This document shows positions 21,746 to 27,116 of a stretch of 27,116 nt of DNA, piece by piece; position 1 is the first letter of the stretch; every line of letters starts with the position of its first letter. The translations under genes were made by a program, and so were the position numbers. The notes under the pieces are model-generated. The model searched no databases. It had not been told where the DNA came from and worked only from the letters and a program-made list of their open reading frames with translations. Source of the stretch: Octopus sinensis (taxonomy: Eukaryota); contig NW_021834043.1 of NCBI RefSeq assembly GCF_006345805.1, positions 1-27,116 of the forward strand. Direction: 5' to 3'.

Positions 21746-21947
21746 TACTGGTTTCAAATTTTGGCACAAGGCCAGGAAGGAGCTAGGCCGATTACACCGA
21801 ACTCAGTGCGTAACTAGTACTTATTTTATCGACCCTGAAAGGCAAAGTCGACCTCGGCGGAATTTGAGCCCAGAACATAAAGACGGACGAAGTGCCGCTA
21901 AGTATTTTACCCGGCTTGCTTGACAATTCTGCAAGCTCACCGCCTTA
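21746..21947 (-). mobile_element. SINE family 2 copy
   Basis: Reverse complement of aaggcggtgagcttgcagaa..gggctcaaattccgccgaggtcgactttgcctttcagggtcgataaaataagtac. Confidence 0.88.
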
Positions 21948-22010
21948 ATAATAAAAAACAATAATAATAACAACAACAACAACAACAATGATAATGATAA
22001 TAATAATAAA

Positions 22011-22566
22011 TACCCTGATACAGTACCAGGCAGTGACTCTCATGGCTTCTGAACGTAACTGATTGGGCGTGTTATCATGAACATTGTTTTGTCTTGGTAT
22101 AAAAGATGGGCTACAGCAAATATTCTGCTCAATACCACAGATTCGCTTGTCAGTTGTTTGACCGTAATCAGTTGAGCATGTCCTTTAGTGGCTGACGATA
22201 TGTGCCTCTCTGATCACGAGCAGAAGTAGTGGGGGAGCATCATAGCCATGTGTTGAGAGGGATTCTTTGGGGTTTGAATAGTTCACCTCTGGAAACATGG
22301 GTGGCTCGTTCAACATCCTTAAACAACCCTTATTCAGGGACCTTTTGAGCAGGATGGGTGACTCGACCAGAATAAAATTTTAACTGGGCCCTACCTGCAA
22401 GGTCATGCGCTGTTTATCTTGATATGGGATCACCATGTCACGCACATATGGTTGTGATGCATGCGCCTGGTGTACCCTTATCAGACGGGTAGTCATGATG
22501 GGTATACTGGGCTTCGAATGTTTTACCCCAGTGTCACTTTGATGGCATGCACTGTTCTCTCACTCA
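22011..22566. mobile_element. Probable interspersed repeat of about 555 bp, class unknown
   Basis: GC-richer block with sharp ends, bracketed by (AAT/AAC)n on both sides. I recall it as a common octopus repeat but did not verify this. Confidence 0.5.
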
Positions 22567-22680
22567 ATAATAATAATAATAATAGCAGCAACAACAATAA
22601 CAAAACTATGTGTAGCCAAATGTTGCAAAATTTGTTCGTATTGTATCAGCAGGAGGAAAAAAGTATTTTAATATCCAAAT

Positions 22681-23050
22681 AGCTTCTGCCAAGGTCGACT
22701 TTGCATTTCATACTTTCGGGGTCAAAAAGGCAGGTACCAGTTGAGTACTGGGGTCGATATAATCGACTTTCGCCTTCCTCCCAAATTCCTGGCATTGTGC
22801 CAAAATGTGAAACTAATATTTTAATGATTAACTGTAGAGTGATGGAACTACAATCTTTAGAGTGTCGAACAAAAATACTTTGTGGTTTTTATCCGGCTTT
22901 TTACGTTCTGAGATTGATGCCCACCCCGCTGACGTCAACATTGCTTTTCATCCCAGCTAAATCGATAAAGTATCAATTAATACCCGTCTTAATGAAATCG
23001 ACACTACTCTGCCTTCTATCAAAACTGTTGGCTTTGTGCCTAAAGAATCG
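22681..23050 (+). mobile_element. Two truncated or diverged SINE family 2 copies
   Basis: gtcgactttgcatttcatactttcggggtc (22696) and gtcaacattgcttttcatccc..tcgataaa (22934). Confidence 0.75.
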
Positions 23051-23354
23051 ATTAGTGTTGATACGTGATGGATACGAGAGCTTCTATGCGGTCACTCATT
23101 CTGCAAGAAATAGCAGCCAAATCACTGTCAGTTCACTTACCAACTTATCCAAAAACCGAAATGTCACATAGCTCAGTGGGTATACAAGACGACATGGTGG
23201 GTATGGATGGATTGGACTGATTTAGTCCAATACAGCAATAACAGCAGCAGCAATAATATATATTGAGCTAATCAGAGTCCTTTACGAGTTCGGTTTTCTT
23301 GCTAGAAATAACAGCCAGGCCTTTCTTTAATCAGACCCTTCCATTTTAAATACG

Positions 23355-23391
23355 AACAGGCATGCTAACAGTTCTGCCAACTCGCCGCCTT
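23355..23391 (-). mobile_element. SINE family 2 head fragment
   Basis: Minus strand aaggcggcgagttggcagaactgttagcatgcc. Confidence 0.7.
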
Positions 23392-23854
23392 TTTCCTTCG
23401 TATTTCAGTGAGCAATTTCTGCTGTTTTCTTTCAATTTCTTGAGAGGGAAAGAAATAACGGAGCCTGATGAGGTATTAAATAAGAGTCGAAACCAGACAG
23501 TCCCTGTCTCATCTCTATTATGTATTTAACACCTATTCAAATGTGCTAATTAATGAATGAATTAATTAAAGATCCTGTCATCTGTTGTATACATCTAAAT
23601 TTCTGAAAATTACAATCGTTTGTTCTATTCAATTTAATATCTAACGAAAATGAAAGCATTTTAAATTTCAAAATATTAATACTTGCACTATATCACTTAA
23701 AATAATCAGTAGTAATTTCCTGATTGATTTTACGCCGTAGGGAAACCTCTTTACAATAATTTGTCTTCATATAATTTATCTAGTACTAGTTAACCTCAAA
23801 GCTGCAGTCTCCAAGCTGTACATTATTTCAAGCTAACGAACCGTTTTAAATACT

Positions 23855-24030
23855 TCAGTGTGGTGACTGACAGAATAGTCAGATAGTCGGTTTAAATATT
23901 TTACGTTCATGATTCAAATGTACCGGAGTTTACGCTGCCTTTCAATTTTCCAGGATCAGTGGAATAAAGTAACAGTAAAGTACTAATCCGGTCCCTAATT
24001 TCTGGCCTAATACTTATTAAAAAATATAAG
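23855..24030 (+). mobile_element. Diverged SINE family 2-like copy
   Basis: gactgacagaatagt..gattcaaatg..gctgcctttca..gaataaagta..taaagtac. Confidence 0.5.
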
Positions 24031-24354
24031 GATTACATTATCAAATGCAGTGGTTCCCAGACAACCAGGTCACATTCCTAACGCCGCCAACCCAACTAAC
24101 CATCAAAAACATAAACTCCTTTCTGAAGCAAATTAAAAGCAACTGTGTTTCACAAATAAAACTTAACCTAAAGAACTCATTATTTGGTTGTTTTTACATG
24201 AATCGCTATCCCATTATCGCCCCGGTTTTTTCAACGCCCTTTGGAACTTTCCTTTCGCCCCAGGAAGGCGCAATACTGACCACTTGGGAACCACTGATCA
24301 AACGTTTATGCTGTTTTATTTTAAAGATAATAATAAAATAAATAAATGCGCCCT

Positions 24355-24595
24355 TTTTAAACCTAGCCAGGCTCATTGGCTCGGTTTCTAGGTTTCTATG
24401 TCGTACATGTTCCCCAGCTGGACAGGACGCCAGTCCATCGCAGCGTTACTAATTTTTGCCAGCTGAGTGGACTGGAGCAACGTGAAATGAAGTGTTTTGC
24501 TCAAGAACACAACGCGTCGCCCGGTCCAGGAATCGAAACCACAATCTTACGATCACGATGCTGACACCCTAACCACTAAGCCTCGCGCCTCCACA
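24355..24595 (-). mobile_element. SINE family 3 (tRNA head, different body)
   Basis: Minus strand tgtggaggcgcgaggcttagtggttagggtg..ggtttcgattcctgg..gttgtgttcttgagcaaaacacttcatttc..gcgatggactggcgtcc. Confidence 0.85.
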
Positions 24596-24685
24596 ATAAT
24601 AAAATAAATAAAAATAATAATGAAACAGATGACATAATTAATTATATGCAAACTAATTAATTTTACCTTCTCTTTTTTTTTGCAG

Positions 24686-24807
24686 TGTGCAATGTTTTTT
24701 ACGTTTACCTGGAAACTCGGTGAATTTATTTGCAAACTGGCATACTATATGCAGAACGTATCCATGATCTGTTCTGTATTGACGCTTACGGCTCTTTGCC
24801 TGGAAAG
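24686..24807 (+). CDS. Internal coding exon of a class A (rhodopsin-like) peptide/neuropeptide-type GPCR: end of TM2/ECL1, TM3 and the start of the ERY motif
   Basis: Preceded by a branch-like ctaat, a polypyrimidine tract and tttgcag; followed by AG|gtaaga. Open frame CAMFFTFTWKLGEFICKLAYYMQNVSMICSVLTLTALCLE(R) has the ECL1 WxLG motif, the conserved TM3 Cys and the E-R of E/DRY split by a phase-2 intron. Confidence 0.93.
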
Positions 24808-24882
24808 GTAAGAAACCTTTATTTTGTTATTGACTACGTAACAACTCTATAACCAAATCTGATATTTATATATAATAAATAA

Positions 24883-25047
24883 AGGCGCAGGAGTGGCTGT
24901 GTGGTAAGTAGCTTGCTAACCAACCACATGGTTGCGGGTTCAGTCCTACTGCGTGGCACCTTGGGCAAGTGTCTTCTGCTATAGCCCGGGCCGACCAATG
25001 CCTTGTCAGTGGATTAAGTAGACGGAAACTGAAAGAAGCCTGTCGTA

Positions 25048-25102
<55 letters not shown>

Positions 25103-25335
25103 TATATGTGTGTGTGTGTGTTTGTGTGTCTGTGTTTGCCCCCTAGCATTGCTGACAAACGATGCTGGTGTGTTTAGTCCCCGTCCACTTAGCGGTTCGG
25201 CAAAAGAGACCGATAGAATAAGTACTAGGCTACAAAGAATAAGTCCCGGGGTCGATTTACTCGACTAAAGGTGGTGCTCCAGCATGGCCGCAGTCAAATG
25301 ACTGAAACAAGTAAAAGAGTAAAGAGAAAAGAGTA
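24883..25335 (+). mobile_element. SINE family 1 full-length copy
   Basis: A/B-box head, body, (TA)n(TG)n and tail ending in aaagag repeats. Confidence 0.95.
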
Positions 25336-25340
25336 TGTGA

Positions 25341-25412
25341 TCTCATGTGGTCTAGTGGTTAGGCTTTCTGGCTTGCACCCACGCGGCCTGGGTTCGTTTC
25401 CCGGAATGGGAA
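25341..25412 (+). pseudogene. tRNA-Glu(TTC)-derived pseudogene with anticodon changed to TGC
   Basis: 72 nt aligning without gaps to the eukaryotic tRNA-Glu(TTC) pattern, with A-box TGGTCTAGTGG and B-box GGTTCGTTTCC. Anticodon TGC at 25374-25376. Mismatches at 7-66, 11-24 and 28-42, and invariant A58 is T. Confidence 0.85.
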
Positions 25413-25426
25413 TGCTTATTGATTTC

Positions 25427-25431
25427 TTTTT
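25427..25431 (+). terminator. Pol III T-run terminator after the tRNA-like gene
   Basis: TTTTT 14 nt downstream of the discriminator base; no encoded CCA. Confidence 0.6.
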
Positions 25432-25433
25432 AT

Positions 25434-25500
25434 AGGCGCAGGAGTGGTTGTGTGGTAAGTAGCTTGCTTACCAGCCACATGGTTCCGGGTTCAATCCTAC
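25434..25500 (+). mobile_element. SINE family 1 head only
   Basis: aggcgcaggagtggttgtgtggtaag..gggttcaatcc, then truncated. Confidence 0.85.
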
Positions 25501-25998
25501 TGGGTTCAAGCTCTCTTCGTAGGCAGAGGAATGAGGAGCACTTTACCTTAGATGTATGGTAAACGAACCACAGGACATGTCAGAGCAATCTCCTTTACTT
25601 TTCTGTATACGAAGAGAATAACATGATATATTTACATCTGTTTAAAGACCCACATCACGAGACTAAAAATTGCTTTAACAACTTTAAATTCAATCCATTT
25701 ATATATTTCATATGGTATTTTGTGAACAATAGAGTCGATGGTCACAAATTTTCCACTGACCAGTCACCAGTACAATGCATATACAATGGCTATTGTCACA
25801 AGACAGTATCTGTGCAGCGTGTACTGAGCAAATAATAAAGTCTATTTAAGATCGTCCAAAAGCAATGGTTTATCGGTTTTCTTCTTGATGGTCAAAACTT
25901 CCGCTAAAATACGTTGGTGCAAAAAGAACACAGATTGTGGGAGAGAAAGAGGGAGAAATATGGAGAGAGAGGGTGAGATAGATAGAGATATATAGATA

Positions 25999-26038
<40 letters not shown>

Positions 26039-26647
26039 TGTGCAGACCGAATCACTCATTCGAAATAAAACCAAATATAAACTTGGAAAAGTTACAGACC
26101 AGTGGGGTAATGAAGAAAGAAAAACAATTAAAGGACGCAGCGAAGTCATTGAATAATGTCTTTTAACAGAAGTTTAAATAGAAGAACGGAAAACAAAGAG
26201 AAGAGACAGATGGAACACACAAACAGAGAACAAGACAATAAAATAACAGCATAGGAACAAAGCACAGACACGAAATGTAAACGGCTTTTTGACCCAGACG
26301 AGACAAGTGTATGAGTTTATAGAGAAAGAAAGAAAAAAGAATAAAGAAAAGATTGACAAGCACAAATAGTTTTCCTTCGTCAGCTTTAACTAAACTTCAT
26401 CGTGGTTTCGATTACCTTGTTACTACGCATGGACACACAAACACATACATATACACACACAAACGTACACACATCAAGTTTTATGGTCTTTCTGTTCGGC
26501 TTCGATCATTCACTGACTCGAAATATGATTGCGAATTCTATGTGTTATGGTTGGGGTATGACGGTTCAATACTCAAGAGAACCCATCACTTGAAAATATA
26601 CGAATGTACAAGTATTTCATTTGAATTAAAGCGCCTATTTGATCATG

Positions 26648-26790
26648 GTGTGTGGATTAATGGTTAGGGATGTTCGGCGCACGATAGTAAAGTCGCGGGA
26701 TCGATTTCCGCCGGTGCTTTGTATCCTTCAGTTAGACATTTTATTTCATATTCCTCTAGTCTACTCAGCTTCCAAAAATGAGTTGTATAT
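26648..26790 (+). mobile_element. Diverged SINE family 3-like copy
   Basis: gtgtggattaatggttagggatgttcggc..gatcgatttcc..ctcagct..aaaaatgagt. Confidence 0.6.
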
Positions 26791-26980
26791 GCTATTCAAG
26801 AGAATTAAACAGGTTTAATTCATGGAGAGAAAATTACCATACAGTTAAGTTAACATATCTTTTTACTAACATTTCTTTTTCCTACTTTTATTCCACATTT
26901 CTGTTCATTATTTACTAAAGAAAAATTATTCCAACAAACTTCTAGTTATATGATTCTAGTTTGTCATTTTTTATATAGGA

Positions 26981-26993
26981 TGTATATATATAA

Positions 26994-27083
<90 letters not shown>

Positions 27084-27101
27084 GTATATATATATATATA
27101 C
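26981..27101. repeat. (TA)n microsatellite
   Basis: Direct reading. Confidence 0.98.
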
Positions 27102-27116
27102 TGTTATATTTCGGAA

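Noticed and set aside
26375-26412. Minus-strand CTGACGA with an upstream GAAAC (type II permutation?)
   Set aside because: Helices I and II cannot be formed.

Overview
AT-rich, repeat-saturated eukaryotic (animal) genomic DNA. The SINE families and microsatellite mix resemble octopus/cephalopod DNA; this is recognition from memory, not a database result. Almost every ORF in the supplied track is a microsatellite or SINE artefact. The only convincing coding sequence is a 122-bp spliced exon (24686-24807, +), missed by the ORF track, which encodes ECL1 to TM3/ERY of a class A peptide-type GPCR. Most of the window is therefore probably one large intron. Other contents are about 20 tRNA-derived SINE copies or fragments from three families, a decayed Tc1 transposon, a tRNA-Glu-derived pseudogene with a TGC anticodon and a second tRNA-like element. 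The most notable signals are an apparently intact type I hammerhead ribozyme (15431-15523, +) with a palindromic helix III and a long helix II, several variant or decayed Penelope-type hammerheads, and three unrelated near-perfect palindromes with 100-120 bp arms within 4.6 kb. All RNA structures were paired by eye and none were computed.
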